A stretch of DNA of 64,000 nucleotides from Octopus vulgaris (lineage: Eukaryota): the NCBI GenBank assembly GCA_951406725.2, contig OX597814.1, positions 169,384,001 to 169,448,000 on the forward strand, given 5' to 3'. Under the pieces are notes generated by a model, which made no database searches, was not told the origin of the DNA, and saw only the letters and a list, made by a program, of their open reading frames with translations. Positions 37,925 through 52,033 of the stretch are shown here, piece by piece; the first letter of the stretch is position 1, and each line of letters opens with the position of its first letter. The position numbers and the translations under genes are program-made.

Positions 37925-38479
37925 AATAGGTGTGGTAAGTAGTAGCTTAACAACCACATGGTTCTAGATTCAGTCCCACTGCATGGCACCTTGGGCAATT
38001 GTCTTCTACTATAGCCTTGGGCCGACCAAAGCCATGTGAGTGGATTCGGTAGACAGAAACTGAAAGAAGCCCATATATATATATGTGTGTGTGTGTGTTT
38101 ATATATATATATATATATATATAATAACAAAGGGTAAAATTAATTAATTAAGAAGTAATCAGTAATTTCACCAAGTAGAATTCAGCATGAAAAAGACCAT
38201 TTCATGGTAAGCTTAAGTAATACTTTATAATTAGGGTTCAGCAAAGATTTGCTTCACCACATACTGAAGTTTAGAAATAGCAGTCAAAAAATCATAGCTA
38301 TTCCTTCTACTTTAAAAGGGGCTCCCAGAAAAACCAAAGTACTTGAAAACAATCCACGCAGGCAAAAGGGAAAAATAACGAAAATCAATCGATATTACCT
38401 GATAGCTAAGATTTTTTGACTGCTATTTCTAAACTTCGGTATGTGGTGAAGCAAATCTTTGCTGAACCCTAATTATAAA

Positions 38480-38524
<45 letters not shown>

Positions 38525-38765
38525 TAGATAGATAGATAGATATAGATATAGATATATGTGTATGTGTTTGCATGTTTGTCCCCCTAACATTGCTTGACAA
38601 CTGATGCTGGTGTGTTCACGTATCTGTAACATTGTGGTTCGGCAAAAGAGACTGATAGAATAAGTACTAGGCTTACAAAGAATAAGTCCTGGGGTTGATT
38701 TGCCCAACTAAAGGTGATGCTCCAGCATGACTATAGTCAAATGACTGAAACAAGTAAAAGAGTTA
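37925..38765 (+). mobile_element. SINE family A with about 360-bp insert in its internal (TA)n
   Basis: 5' half 37925-38075, 3' half 38560-38765. Confidence 0.85.
38220..38483. repeat. Inverted repeat, about 82-bp arms, 100-bp spacer
   Basis: 38220-38301 pairs with 38402-38483, 2 mismatches. Confidence 0.95.
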
Positions 38766-39113
38766 AAGAATGTGTGTATGTGAGTGTGTATGTGTGTGCG
38801 TGTGTGTATTTGAATGTATGTATGTATATATACACACACACATATTTGTGTGTGTGAGTGTGTGTATGTTTGTGCCTCTCCATTTTGGCATTGTGAGACC
38901 ATTGTAAATGCATGTCATTCATTTTCAATATTCTGAATGAACATGTTTGGCTGTGGCAAAATATTACCTCGCTTGGAAACAGGTGAGGTTTGACAAACAG
39001 GAAGGGTATCCAGATGTAAGAAAATCTGCCTCAATTAACTCTTCTATCCCATGCAAGCATGGAAAAGTAGACGATAAAATGTCGACGATGGTGGGGGTGG
39101 TAGGGTGATGGTA

Positions 39114-39160
<47 letters not shown>

Positions 39161-39739
39161 GGTAATGTATAAGCATATATAAAAATCACTTAGCAGATTG
39201 CAACCTAAAGTCATATACATACAAAGAAAGCATTTAGAGACAGCAAAACCTTTCTTACACTAAAAGATTTCACTAAATATAAAAAAGAAATATTCTCAGG
39301 GAAAAATTTTGAGAACTACTTTTGGAATCTTGTTGTATTTTTTAGTTGGGTTTGGTACCCCTCAAGCTTTTCTCTTATTTATTTTATTATCAATAAAATT
39401 AATTACCATCCCTTTTTTGAAATATAACTTTTCACTCATTTTGTTTTCCTTTCTCTATTTTCTTTTCCTTTGCAAGTCTTTATTTAATAATCTTGACTGA
39501 TACCACTTTCTTTCTTCCTTCCTTTCATCTCTCCTTCCTTTCTTCCTTTCCTTGCTTGCTTACTTTCCTTTCTTTCTTGCTTACTTGCTGGATTGCCAAT
39601 ATTTTTTTCTTGCTTGCTTGATTGCCACCTTTTCTTTCTTTCTTGTTTGCTTGCTGGATTGCCAATTTTTCTTTCTTGCTTGCTTGATTGCCAACTTATC
39701 TTTCTTTCTTGCTTGCTTACTTGCTTGATTGCTAACTTT

Positions 39740-39815
<76 letters not shown>

Positions 39816-40364
39816 GCTTGCTTGCTTGCTTGCTAGCTTTCTTACTTCCCTTTTTCTTTCCTTCCTTTCTTTCTTTTTTTGTCTTGCTTGCTTGCTAGCT
39901 ACTGCTTTACATATCTGCCAGCTTTAGCCAAAGATGATGCTCTTTAACTCTTTAAGAATTCATAGCTGAAAGCTTTGCTTGCAACTTTTTTGAATTTTTC
40001 TTAATTTTTGATGGAGTGAGGTGAGTGTATGTGCATGCACGTGTGTGTGTGTGTGTGGTTCCTTTATCTTCCTTTCCTTTTCTTCTCTTTTCTCAGCAAG
40101 TATAACATGGTCTAATAATTATCATTGTTTCTAGTAAACGTTTTATTGGTCTTTATTTTCCCTCGCCACCCACCACCATATTTGCTTCAAATATTTGCGT
40201 TTCCTTCATTCATAAAAATCTGAATAAATTTCAAGGAATTTAATCTGTTTAAATCATTTGCTATTCCTAATTCAATATTTGTATTCCCCGGGAGAATATA
40301 GACAATCAACATAAATGAATATATATATATACACATACTCACACACAGATAGATAGATAGATAA

Positions 40365-40395
<31 letters not shown>

Positions 40396-40854
40396 AACAT
40401 ATATGTATAACTATAAATATTTAACCACTGGCATTTCTTCCTAGACAATACCAATTTACATGTGATTTTGTGTCTGACCTAATGTTAAAACATTTTTAAT
40501 GTATCCTTTGACAAATATTCATTTTGTATAGCATTTTCGATGTTTGTTAAGATGATAGACAATTTTCACTTGAAATCTCATTATATTTTAACAGTTAAAA
40601 ATAAAAAGAAGTAGAAACAATAATATACTTGGAAACATTTTGTTTTGGTTAATCATGCCAGTTTACAAAGATTTAAGTAGGGCATGTAAAAGAAAAAAAT
40701 GAAAGTAAATCCACAGATGATCAACAAAATATAATGTTATTAATGGGCATTATTGGCATGAGTGACATCTAAAGACTTGGTTCTTGAACAAGTAGCAACA
40801 CTTATTATAATAATAATCTAATAATAATGATAATAATAATATAAAATATTAATA

Positions 40855-40966
40855 ATATATGGCACCTTAGGCATAACACCAACATGAACTTCCAGCTCGT
40901 TGTATCTTGAGGTCTCTGGGTGAGACTTGGAGCCAGCTTGTACAAATGTAAAGCAAAAGTCAAACA

Positions 40967-41012
<46 letters not shown>
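40855..41012 (+). mobile_element. R4/Dong LINE 3' UTR stub plus (AAT)n
   Basis: Matches the reverse complement of the 3' UTR at about 10915-10960. Confidence 0.7.
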
Positions 41013-41013
<1 letters not shown>

Positions 41014-42130
41014 TTCCAGGGAGACATGCTCTCTCCACTCCTTTTCTGCTTGGCACTGTCACCTCTATCTGATATGCTAAATAGAACTGGATGCGGATAT
41101 AAATCTTACGGCAAAACGATCAGCCACCTTTTATATATGGATGACCAAAAACTATATGCTGCAAATGACAAACAGCTGGAAACACTATTAAAGACAGTTC
41201 ATAGATTTACCAAAGAAATAGATATGAAATTTGGATTTGCAAAATGCGCCAAAGTAACCCTGAAAAGAGGAAAACTAGTTAAGAGTAGCAACATCACACT
41301 AGATAAAACCAATGAAATAAAAGAATTAGACCAAAGCCAAACTTACAAATACTTAGGAATCCATGAACTAGATACGACACAACACACACAAATGAAAGAG
41401 AAAATAAAGAATATTATAGATGAGTTAGATCAATACTAAAAACAGAGCTCAATGCTAAAAACAAGATAATAGGTATTAACACTTTAGCTGTCCCAGTTAT
41501 AAGTTACAGCTACAATATCCTTAACTAGACACTAAATGAACTGACCAAAATAGATAGGAAAACAAGAAAAATAATGACAGGATCTAGGATGCATCACCCA
41601 AAATCTGACATAGAAAGACTATATATACAACGTATAGAAGGTGGTAGAGGCCTTATACAGCTGGAAAACTACTATAAAGTAACCACCATAGGACTGCAAA
41701 AATATCTACTTCAGAAGGAAAACTGATACAAATAGCAACAAAACACGAGCAAAACAAAAAACTGTTCTCAGCTATTTAAGGAAGCTGACAAATACAAACA
41801 AGAAATCATACCACCTAACAAATATGAAGAAGGAGAAGATGAAGAAACAACAAAAGCTATAAGCCAAATGAAATCCAAACTAAAACTAGAACAACAAAGA
41901 ACCATGATAAAACGATGGCAAGAAAAGCCCCTTCATGGTAAATACTGGACTAAACTAAATGCAAAAGAAATAGACAAAGAAAAATCCCAGCAATGGTTGA
42001 GAAGCTCAGGACTCAAAGCAGAGACAGAGGGATTCTTAATTGCAGCACAAGACCAAAGCCTTCCCACCAGAAATTACCAAAAACATGTAATGAAAAGAAA
42101 TATTACAAGTAACTGCAGAATATGTGGAAA
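41011..42130 (+). mobile_element. R4/Dong-type LINE RT fragment
   Basis: IFQGDMLSPLLFC...SHLLYMDDQKLY...FGFAKCAK...YKYLGI; WQEKPLHGKYW...LKAETEGFLIAAQDQSL...CRICG; begins directly after (AAT)n. Confidence 0.95.
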
Positions 42131-42259
42131 TGACCCTGAAAAGATGAAAGGCAAAGTGAACCTCGGCAGAATTTGAACTCAGAAGGTAATAACAGATGAA
42201 ATGTCACTAACCATTTTGCCCAGCATGCTAACAATTCTGCCACCTCACCACTTTCAATA

Positions 42260-43060
42260 ATCATCATCATCATCGTTTAATGTCTGCTTTCCATGCTGGC
42301 ATGGGTTGACCAGTTTGACAGGGCTAGCAAGCCAGGAAGCTACACCAAGTTCCAATCTGATCTGGCAAAGTTTCTACAGCTGGATGCCCTTCCTAATGCC
42401 AACCACTCTGAGAGTGTAGTAGGTATTTTTTATGTGCAACCAGCATGGGGACCAGTCTGGTAGCACTAGCATCGACCACACTCGAATGGTGCTTTTTACA
42501 TGTCACTGGCACGGGATTCAGTCAGGCAACACTGGTATCAACCATGCTCGAATGGTGTTTTTTACATGTCACTGGCACAGGAGTCAGTCAGGCAGCACTG
42601 GCATTGACCATGCTCGAATGGTGCTTTTTACGCATCACCAGCATGGGTGCCAATCAGATGGCACTGGCATTAGCTGCTACAATGATTTCACTTGACTCAA
42701 TAGGTCTTCTCAAGCATAGCATATTGCCTGATGATTGAAGGGTACTTTTAAATGGGCCAATTATGTGACAATATCATCAGCCATGGCTACAATCTCACTT
42801 GGCTTGACAGGTCTTCTCAAGTACAGCATATCTCCAAAGGTCTCGGTTGCTTGTCATTGCCTCTGTGAGGCCCAACATTCAAAAGTCTTGCTTCCCCACC
42901 TTATCCCATATCTTCCTGAGTCTACCTCTTCCACAGGTTCCCTCCACTGTTAGGGTGTGACACTTCTTCACACAACTGTCCTCATCCATACGCAGCACAT
43001 GACCATACCAGTGCAGCAATCTCTCTTGCACACCACATCTGATGCTTTTTATGTCCAACT
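42260..43060 (-). mobile_element. RTE LINE 3' end with family C 3' UTR containing 66-bp tandem repeats
   Basis: Reverse strand encodes WYGHVLRMDEDSCVKKCHTLTVEGTCGRGRLRKIW; period-66 repeats at 42484, 42550, 42616. Confidence 0.85.
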
Positions 43061-43139
43061 TCTTATGTTGGGTATGACTCCTTCATCTATCACCTGGTTG
43101 ACTATATGGGTGACTAGACTACACCACCAAATATTTTAA

Positions 43140-43790
43140 GCATCTCAGCAGTGATTCCTGATGGGCCAGGGGCTTTCCCTGTCTTCATACCCCTTAATTA
43201 CTTTATCTGCCAAGGTACTGTCAAATCAAATAGCTGGTCCCTCTGTTGAGTTGACATTTGGCAGACTCTCTTTCTCCCATTCATTCTCTTTCTTTAGCAA
43301 CCTTTCATAGTGTCAACTCTAAGTTTCTCTCTTTGCAAATCATTAAATGCAAGTGAGCCATCATCCATGTGGACACATTTCTCTCCTATGACATCAAGAT
43401 TCTCCCTCACACACTGTCTTGCAATATGAAACATTTCAAGTCATTAGTCCTCACAATGCAGAACATTGACAAATCTTTTCTTATCTGCTTCCCCTCTGTC
43501 TAAGTAAACCTGTCTCCTAGCTTCCCTTCTGGCGATCTGATACAGTACCCTGCTACCACCACACTTCCAGTCCTTCCATACTTATTTCTTCTCCCTAATG
43601 ATCCTGTCAAATACATTGTTCCACCACCACATTACCTTAGGTTGAGAGAGGACTTTGCACCTACCACAGGTCTGGTCAGTATATGTTGTTACTGCCCTTG
43701 CCACTTCCCCTCCCCAAGCTTTCCGTCATACTGTAACATCTCTCATCCTGCACTTGCCCTTGGATGCTGGGTGTGTCTCAGCAAGTGATT
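43140..43790 (-). mobile_element. RTE LINE internal fragment
   Basis: Reverse strand encodes TWWWNNVFDRIIREKK...HMDDGSL...YERLL..ENEWE...KAPGPSGITAEMLK. Confidence 0.8.
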
Positions 43791-43889
43791 GTAATAAAAA
43801 TGCAGATTAAAAGTAAAAAAAAATAATAATCATAATAATCAAAATAATAATAGTAATAATAATATTAATAATAGTAATAATAATCACAG

Positions 43890-44371
43890 AGAGTGACTAA
43901 CAAAATCCTGTGGGATTTTCCAATCCAAACAGATCAGTTGATAGAGCATAACAGACCAGATCTAGTGGTGGTGGACATTGTGCACCAAATATGCTGTATA
44001 GTTGATGTTGCATGTCCCTTTGACTCACAAATAGTCAAGAAGGAAGGTGAAAAGATGATAGATAAATACAACTCTCTTAAGTATGAAATAGCCTGGATAT
44101 GGAAAATGAAGAAGGTGAAGATAGTGCCAGTTATTGTTGGGTCCTTGGGAACAGTATCAGAAGACATCAAAGGGAATGTAAAAGAAATTGGAATAGAGTG
44201 CCCAGTAGAACTGTTACAAAAGGTTTGCCTCCTTGGCACAGCCAGAATAATCAGGAAAGTATTAGATAGCTGAAAAGAACAAATAGCATGGTACTGTAGG
44301 CTGCTGGCAGTAAGCCTGCTACGCATGCAAGACTCCAGGAGCACCAACAAAACCTGTGATAAAGAGATGAT

Positions 44372-44420
<49 letters not shown>
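43890..44420 (+). mobile_element. R4/Dong-type LINE 3' end (REL) with (AAT)n tail
   Basis: ILWDFPIQTDQLIEHNRPDLVVVD...IVDVACPFD...KY..L...VPVIVGSLG...GTARIIRKVL*. Confidence 0.93.
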
Positions 44421-44428
<8 letters not shown>

Positions 44429-44430
44429 GA

Positions 44431-44568
44431 TCTAATAGTAATTCTGCTTGTTCTTCCATTTGTTATTTACTTAGCCCATCTAACACTTTTATATGATTAG
44501 TTGAAGGGAAAGGCAAAGAGTGAGAGAAAAAGAGGGTAAGGTGAAGAGTAAGAAAGAGGGAGACAGAC

Positions 44569-44608
<40 letters not shown>

Positions 44609-45269
44609 TGGTAGAGGTGGTGATGAGAGAATAGTGAAAAGTGTAATTTAAAAAAAAAAATTGAACTAAGTTTTTCTAAATCACCTATCACTTAACACAT
44701 GTGCATAAGTGCAATTATTGATCGTCTACTCACTTGAAAATTGATATTTGTTTATAAAATATAGATGAAAGATGATGTAAGATAACAACAGAAAGAATGC
44801 AACTGAATAGGCAATGATGCAAAGAGAAGCAGAGGGTTGAAACACTAGAACAAGTGCAGGAACATCAGCTTGTAGAAGGGAAAATACGAATCAACGGGTA
44901 TAGAGTGAGTATTTACAACAGATAAGGGGATGTATTTGAGCTAAAATATAAAATGTAAATCAGAGAGAACAACCAAAAAAGAAAAGCCCTGTAAACAAAC
45001 AGTTGAAAGTTATATTACTGACATGAATATTCTCTATAATCTTTGTGAAGCTCTTAGATTTATAAATGAACCTCTGAACTTCTGAGAATATAGAAAATTC
45101 ATGCTCCTTCGTTTACAGTCTTATCCAGAAGAACTGAAAGATGCTTTTTAATGAAAATTATACAGAATATAGAATTTATAAACGAACGTTGATTTTTATG
45201 TCTGTATATAAGCTTGTGACAATCTAAAAAAATTCTTATTTACTGTAGAACTTTCACAGGTAGTACTAG
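44431..45269 (+). mobile_element. Non-autonomous Helitron with Rep N-terminal remnant
   Basis: A|TC start, hairpin CTGTAGAACTTTCACAG then CTAG|T at 45266-45270, inserted in (AAT)n; CEALRFINEPLNF...LQSYPEELKD resembles the Helitron Rep zinc-finger region. Confidence 0.75.
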
Positions 45270-45289
45270 TAATAATAACAATAATAATC

Positions 45290-45493
45290 CTTTTTTGCTG
45301 TAGGCATATGGCTTGAGACTTTAGGGAGTGGGGAAGTCAATTACACTGACCCCAGTATTCAACTGGTATCTGTTTTATTGACCCCGAAAAGATAAAAAAC
45401 AATGTTGATCTTGGTAGAATTTGAACACAGAATGTAAAGACAGACAAACAACAAGTAAGAATTTTGCTCCAAACTAATAATAATAATAGTAAA

Positions 45494-45536
<43 letters not shown>

Positions 45537-46040
45537 ATGATAATAATAATAATAATAATCCTCCCTACTAAATGCACAAGGCCTGAAATTTTTGGGGAGG
45601 AATCTAGATGATTTCATCAACTCCAGTGTTTCACTGATACTTATTTTATCAATCCCAAAAGGATGAAAGGCAAAGTTGACCTTGGTGGAATTTGAACTCA
45701 GATCAGAGCGATAGGCAAAATACCTATTTTTTTACTACCCACAAGGGGCTAAACACAGAGAGGACAAACAAAGACAGACAAATGGATTAAGTCGATTATA
45801 TCGACCCCAGTGTGTAACTGGTACTTATTTAATCGACCCTGAAAGGATGAAAGGCGAAGTTGACCTTGGCGGAATTTGAACTCAGAACGTAGCGGCAGAC
45901 AAAATACCGCTGAGCATTTCAGCCGGCATGCTAACATTTCTGCCAGCTCGCCGCTTTAGTAATAATAATAATAATATTATTTCTTTATTACCCACAAGAG
46001 GCTAAACATAGATGGGACAAACAAGGACAGACAAAGGGAT
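45290..46040 (-). mobile_element. Cluster of SINE family B copies
   Basis: Repeated GATGAAAGGCAAAGTTGACCTTGG...GAATTTGAACTCAG. Confidence 0.88.
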
Positions 46041-46064
46041 TAATAATAATAACCCTTTTTTCCA

Positions 46065-46526
46065 CAAGATGCAAAGATCCTGTAGGAGTTTATGATTCAG
46101 TGTGACAATGAGATAGAGAATAGGAAGCCAGACATAGTCTTAATTGAGAAAGAAAGCAAACTATGCTGGATCATACATATAGCATGCCCAGCTGACAACA
46201 AGATATGCAAAAAGAGAGAAAGAAAAGTCAATAGATATGACAGGTTAGCTTGGGAGGATAAGCAGTTGTGGTCGATGAAAAAGGTGGTAGTAGTATCAAT
46301 AATTGTTGGAGCCCTGGAAACAGTGAGTAAAAATCTTGAGAAGTACATGGAACAAATAGGGGCTTCAATAAGGGTGGAGTACTTGTAGAAAACAGTACTG
46401 ATTGGTATCGCTCGAATACTCCGGAAGGTGCTCGAAAAATAAGGAGTGTTACCTTAATTCACTGGTTGTGAACAGCTGAAACCGTAGTACATCTCCAGTG
46501 TTAGAAGCTGTGCAAAGGCAATGATG

Positions 46527-46575
<49 letters not shown>
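46065..46575 (+). mobile_element. R4/Dong-type LINE 3' end (REL), second family
   Basis: IENRKPDIVLIEKESKLCWIIHIACPAD...SIIVGAL; (AAT)n tail. Confidence 0.9.
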
Positions 46576-46576
<1 letters not shown>

Positions 46577-46785
46577 CATCGTTTAGCATCCGCTTTCCAT
46601 GCTAGCATGGGTTGGACGGTTCAACTGGGGTCTGGGAAGCCAGAAGGCTGCACCAGGCCCAGTCTGATCTGGCAATGTTTCTACGGCTGGATGCCCTTCC
46701 TAACGCCAACCACTCCATGAGTGTAGTAGGTGCTTTTTAAGTGCCACACGAGGCTGGCAAACGGCCACGATCGGATGGTGCTTTT
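46576..46785 (-). mobile_element. Family C RTE-tail repeat
   Basis: Highly similar to 58735-58975. Confidence 0.8.
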
Positions 46786-46801
46786 AATAATAATAATAAT
46801 G

Positions 46802-46868
<67 letters not shown>

Positions 46869-46959
46869 TAATAATAATAATAATGATAACAACAACAACA
46901 ACAACAACAATAAAAACAGTGGTGGTGGTAGCAGCAGCAAGAATAATAATATGAAAATG

Positions 46960-47500
46960 CTTAGAAACAAGATGATTCAAAAATACATCACAAAGGTTCT
47001 CAGAAAATGACAAAGTGCATGTAATCTGGGACATGTCAATTCACACAGACTGGCAGATTAAGGTAAATCATTAAGATAACATTGTCAAATACGAGCAGGA
47101 GAAAAAAGAGAGAGAAAAAAAGTACCTGTCTCCTAATAATTGTATCAACTGCAATTGATGACAATATATCAATGAAAGAAATGGAGAAACTATTCAGATA
47201 TAGAAACCTAGAGAAACAGTTAAAAAAAGAATGTAAAAACTGAAAACACAAACAGTTCTCATAATAATAGCTATCTTGGGGATGATAAAAAATATATGTA
47301 AGTATATATGCATACATGCGTACAAACATACATACATACATACATACATACATACATAAATGCATACATACATACATACATACATACATACATACATACA
47401 TACATACATACATACATACATACAAACATACATATACATGCACACATGTGTATATTACAGAAATCAAAAAACTCAGAACATTCAGAATGGAATTTTTAAA
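46960..47500 (+). mobile_element. Highly decayed REL LINE 3' fragment split by (CATA)n
   Basis: KVLRK*..HVIWDMSIHTDWQIK... residual motifs. Confidence 0.55.
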
Positions 47501-47622
47501 AAAAGCATGGAAGCAAAATAAATCAAAACGCTGCATATATGCAAGGCATATGGAACTACACTTTGTAGTGCAGTGAAGTGTAAAAATGATGTGACTACTG
47601 ATATGTTACGAATAATGAATGC

Positions 47623-47729
<107 letters not shown>

Positions 47730-48375
47730 GGAAGAGCTATTTTTATCATACTTGTGGCTATGGCGAAAGAATGTATCTGGTGGACGCGCCTGAAAGGATT
47801 AGAGACAAACACTTTCCTCTCTGGTTAATCTCTCATCAACTTCTTCAAGTATCACTTGAAGAGGAAAGTGAGAGTAGAGAGGCAAGTTTTGTCTAGTGAA
47901 TGTTTTAAAAAAAGATGGGTGAATGTAGCAAGGATGGCACGTATGAATGACGAAGCCACCTTGACTATGATTCTATGAACCGTAAAAATTAATACAGAGA
48001 GTTGCTTATTTGCAAAAAAAAAATAAAAGAAAGAAATATAACATGTGACTTCATTGACCGAGGTTACCGTGGTCTTTTCCGTAGGCTTTTCTTTCCACAG
48101 TTAAACCTCACCTGTCCTCCCCTTTACACTTCATATTGACATTTCTGTGATTATGATCCCTATTGATCAACTTTTTTTCCTCTCCTCTTTCCTTTTTTTT
48201 TTTTTCCCTCTCCCCCCTTTTTTAAAAAAATCCTCCCCTTTTTTGGTCCTCTTTCTTTCCTTTTACGATCCCTTTTGATCGAAAACCAACCCCTTTTTTT
48301 TTACCCCCAAAAGAAAAGCTCTACCTTGTAATTTGTTCTGTCTGTGTGCAGCCCTGTGTGGCTATTAAAGAAACA
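47730..48375 (+). mobile_element. L1/Tx1-like LINE 3' end plus T-rich 3' UTR
   Basis: AIFIILVAMAKECIWWTRLKG...FFKYHLKRKVRVER...KRWV similar to 12070-12270. Confidence 0.75.
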
Positions 48376-48539
48376 TATCTATCTATCTATCTATCTATCT
48401 TTGTGTACATGTGTGTGTGTGTGTGTGTAGACTGAAGCCATGCTGGGGCCCCATCTTGAAAAGTATATTTTTTAGGCCAGTACTTCTTTTATTGGTCTCT
48501 TTTGTTGAACCACTAAGTTATATATATACCTTTTTATAT

Positions 48540-48735
48540 ACTTTTTTACTCTTTTACTTGTTTCAGTCATTTGACTGTGACCATGCTGGAGCACCACCTA
48601 GTACTTTTTCTATCGGTCTCTATTCCCGAACTGCTAAGTTACGGGGACGTAAACACACTAGCATTGGTTGCCAAGTGATGTTGGGGGGACAAACACAGAC
48701 ACAAACATATACACAAATGCACATACATACATACA

Positions 48736-48769
<34 letters not shown>

Positions 48770-48904
48770 CATACATACATATATATATATACACAAACGT
48801 CATACCCTCCTTCTTCCATTTTCCTGAGCGCCTAATAATAATAATACTGTAATTGTTCCACGTGTTGTTGTTTTTTCTGTTTTCCCGTTTGGATTAACCT
48901 ATAT

Positions 48905-48965
<61 letters not shown>

Positions 48966-49130
48966 TATATATGACGGGCTTCTTTTCAGCTTCCATCTAC
49001 CAAATCCATCCACTCACAAGGCTTTGAGGTTATAGTAGAAGACACTTGCCCAAGGTGCCACACAGTGGGACTGAACCCAGAGCCATGTGGTTTGTAAGCA
49101 AGCTACTTACCACACAGCCACTCCTACGCC
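48540..49130 (-). mobile_element. SINE family A with insert in the internal microsatellite
   Basis: Family A motifs flanking 48800-48900. Confidence 0.8.
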
Positions 49131-49141
49131 TATTATTATTA

Positions 49142-49233
<92 letters not shown>

Positions 49234-49589
49234 CATATAAAAGCCATTTTAGTCATATGCTGGAGCTTTAACTAATATATTGGAAGTAATGTGAATAGAA
49301 GAGTGTAGACAAAAAATCTTAGAGAATTACCAGTATCATTCCAAAGCTATTATGTCAAAGACTATATAGTCAGAATATACCTATCTTACATTCAGGGAGG
49401 AGAGAATTTGATACAAATAGAAAACTATTGCAGAATAACGGCAAAGAGAAACTGATTAGTTTGATAAAGGAACTTGAAGAAAACAACAGGAAAAAAAAAA
49501 GAAATTTTTTTTTCTTTCTATATATAGTATAAACTAGAAACTAATTACACAGAAGGGAAGATTTAAGATAAAGACAAAACAATAGGAAA

Positions 49590-49629
49590 AGTAATGATAA
49601 TAATAATAATAATAATAGCAATAATAATG

Positions 49630-49677
<48 letters not shown>

Positions 49678-49720
49678 GCAATAATAACGATAATAATAAT
49701 AATAATGATAATGATAATAA

Positions 49721-49771
<51 letters not shown>

Positions 49772-49773
49772 TG

Positions 49774-49812
<39 letters not shown>

Positions 49813-49837
49813 TTAATAATAATGATTAATGATAATG

Positions 49838-49934
<97 letters not shown>

Positions 49935-50030
49935 GAAGAAGAAGACGAAGAAGAAGAAGAAGAAGAACAACAACAACAACAACAACAACAACAGCAAAAC
50001 AATGATAATGACTATGATAATGGTGATGAT
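49590..50030. repeat. Long (AAT)n/(AAG)n/(AAC)n microsatellite
   Basis: Directly visible. Confidence 0.97.
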
Positions 50031-50284
50031 TATAAAAGCAAAAGAAATATCCAAAACGAAACTTCAAAATATACAGAAGAAAGAAGTGAAGATAAAAATT
50101 ATTCTGTGGCTATTATCGTGCAAAACTCAAAGAGAGGAAGTAAGCTAGTGTAAAAGCCAATAATGGCTCAAAAGGTCTAGAATAAAAGTAGTCATGAAAT
50201 AAATACAAAAAAAAAAAACGAAAATAAAATAAACACACAATCAAACAAGAGGCTAATATCAACAGTAGACTAATTTAATCAAGC

Positions 50285-50820
50285 ACAATGAAACAATTGA
50301 CAGTTTCATTTCTGGTTACCCAGTCCTTGCCAAGACAGAATATACATCCACAGATGTGACTTGGTTGATAGCTATGTTGACTGAGCAAATATCCTGCCAA
50401 CATGAAAACTGAGAAAAAAGATTGGTTTTTAAAATGTTTACTTCAAGCCTACTGGCTTGTGTTAAACCCAGTATATGGATATAGCCTGACTTCAATATTC
50501 TGGGATAGGCTTGTTCATACTGATAAGGATATTGAAGCAAGCCATCCAGATATCGTAATTAAAGACAGGAATGAGGATCTAAGCGTTCTAGTACCTAGAT
50601 TCCTATTTTGATTCCTCAGTCACTTCTGACTGAAATATCACATGAAAAGGAATACAAAAAGAATCAGTTCACAAAGATCTTGAAATAGGAATAAGTTGAA
50701 TGTGTGCTGTGAAAGTAAAGTCATTACCAATAATAATCAGGCGGAATAAGATGAGTTGGCACAGATCTTTAGACACTGACAATTTGATACAGCTGACTGG
50801 ACAACAGTACTTTTTGGTGT
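50285..50820 (+). mobile_element. Highly decayed REL LINE fragment
   Basis: ETIDSFISGYPVLAKTEYTS...IFWDRLVHTDKDIEASHPDIVIKD. Confidence 0.65.
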
Positions 50821-50864
50821 TGGAGGCAAACATACACACACACACACATGCACATGTGAAGTAA

Positions 50865-51215
50865 TCTTGGCCAAATGTCTTCTACTATAGCCTCGGGCCA
50901 ACCAAAGCCTTGTGAGTGGATTTGGTAGATGGAAACTGAAAGAAGCCCGTCGTATATATGTATATATATATATATATATGCGTGTGTGTGTTTGTGTGTC
51001 TGTGTTTGTCCCCCTAGCATTGCTTGACAACCGATGCTGGTGTGTTTATGTCCCCGTTACTTAGCGGTTCGGCAAAAGAGACTGATAGAATAAGTACTGG
51101 GCTTACAAAAGAATAAGTCCCGGGGTCGAGTTGCTCGATTAAAGGCGGTGCTCCAGCATGGCCACAGTCAAATGACTGAAACAATTAAAAGAGTAAAAGA
51201 GTAAAAGAGTAAAGA
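50865..51215 (+). mobile_element. SINE family A, 5'-truncated
   Basis: Family A body and (GTAAAAGA)n tail. Confidence 0.88.
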
Positions 51216-51541
51216 GTATACAGATGGAAAGAATGAAAGAGAGAGAGATACACACACACACATTACAGTTTTTTTAACTGAAAATGTAACATAAACACTT
51301 TCTCTTTCCTCACACACATAAAAAAAAAAGAGAAAGAGAAGGTGGAAGAACAAGAGAAACATTAAAATGCCAAGTATCAAATAAACAACAAATCAGTGAT
51401 GCCAAATAAGCAGCTCCAAAACTGCCCAGCCAGTAGTGCTAGTAGTGGTGGTGGTGGTGGTGGCAGCAGCGGTGGCAGTGGCAGCGGCGGTGGTGGTGGC
51501 AGCGGTGGCGGCGACGCCGGTGGCAGCGGCGGTGTTAGTGA

Positions 51542-51590
<49 letters not shown>

Positions 51591-51779
51591 TGTAGTAGTT
51601 CTCATACCCATAATCATGAACATGATCATCTTCATCATCATCATTTAACCTCCGTTGTCCATGCTGGTATGGGTTGGGCAGTTTGTCTAGGGCTGGCAAG
51701 TTGAGGGGCTGCACCAGACTCCTGTCTGATTTGGAAAGCTATGCCACTGATTCTACATAGTCATCATATGACAATAACA

Positions 51780-52033
51780 CAGTGGTTCTTGACCGTTTTT
51801 TACCTAAGGAACTCTTCGATTCCATTTTTATTTTATAGGATCCCCCATAGCCATTCAATGTCAAAATAAAATCCTGTTATATAGTTATAATTAAATATAA
51901 GCAATTGTATAAAAAAAATTGTTTAAAATATTTTGTGCATTGTAGAAGTATATCCAATTTGTAGCTCATAAATTTTAACAATAAAATCTTATGTGAACCC
52001 GAGGGCCATGAGAACTCTGGTTGGGAACCACCG
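51780..52033. mobile_element. hAT-type MITE
   Basis: TIR CAGTGGTTCTTGACC vs GGTTGGGAACCACCG; 8-bp flanks CAATAACA / CTCTAACA (6/8); similar end at about 470-514. Confidence 0.65.
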
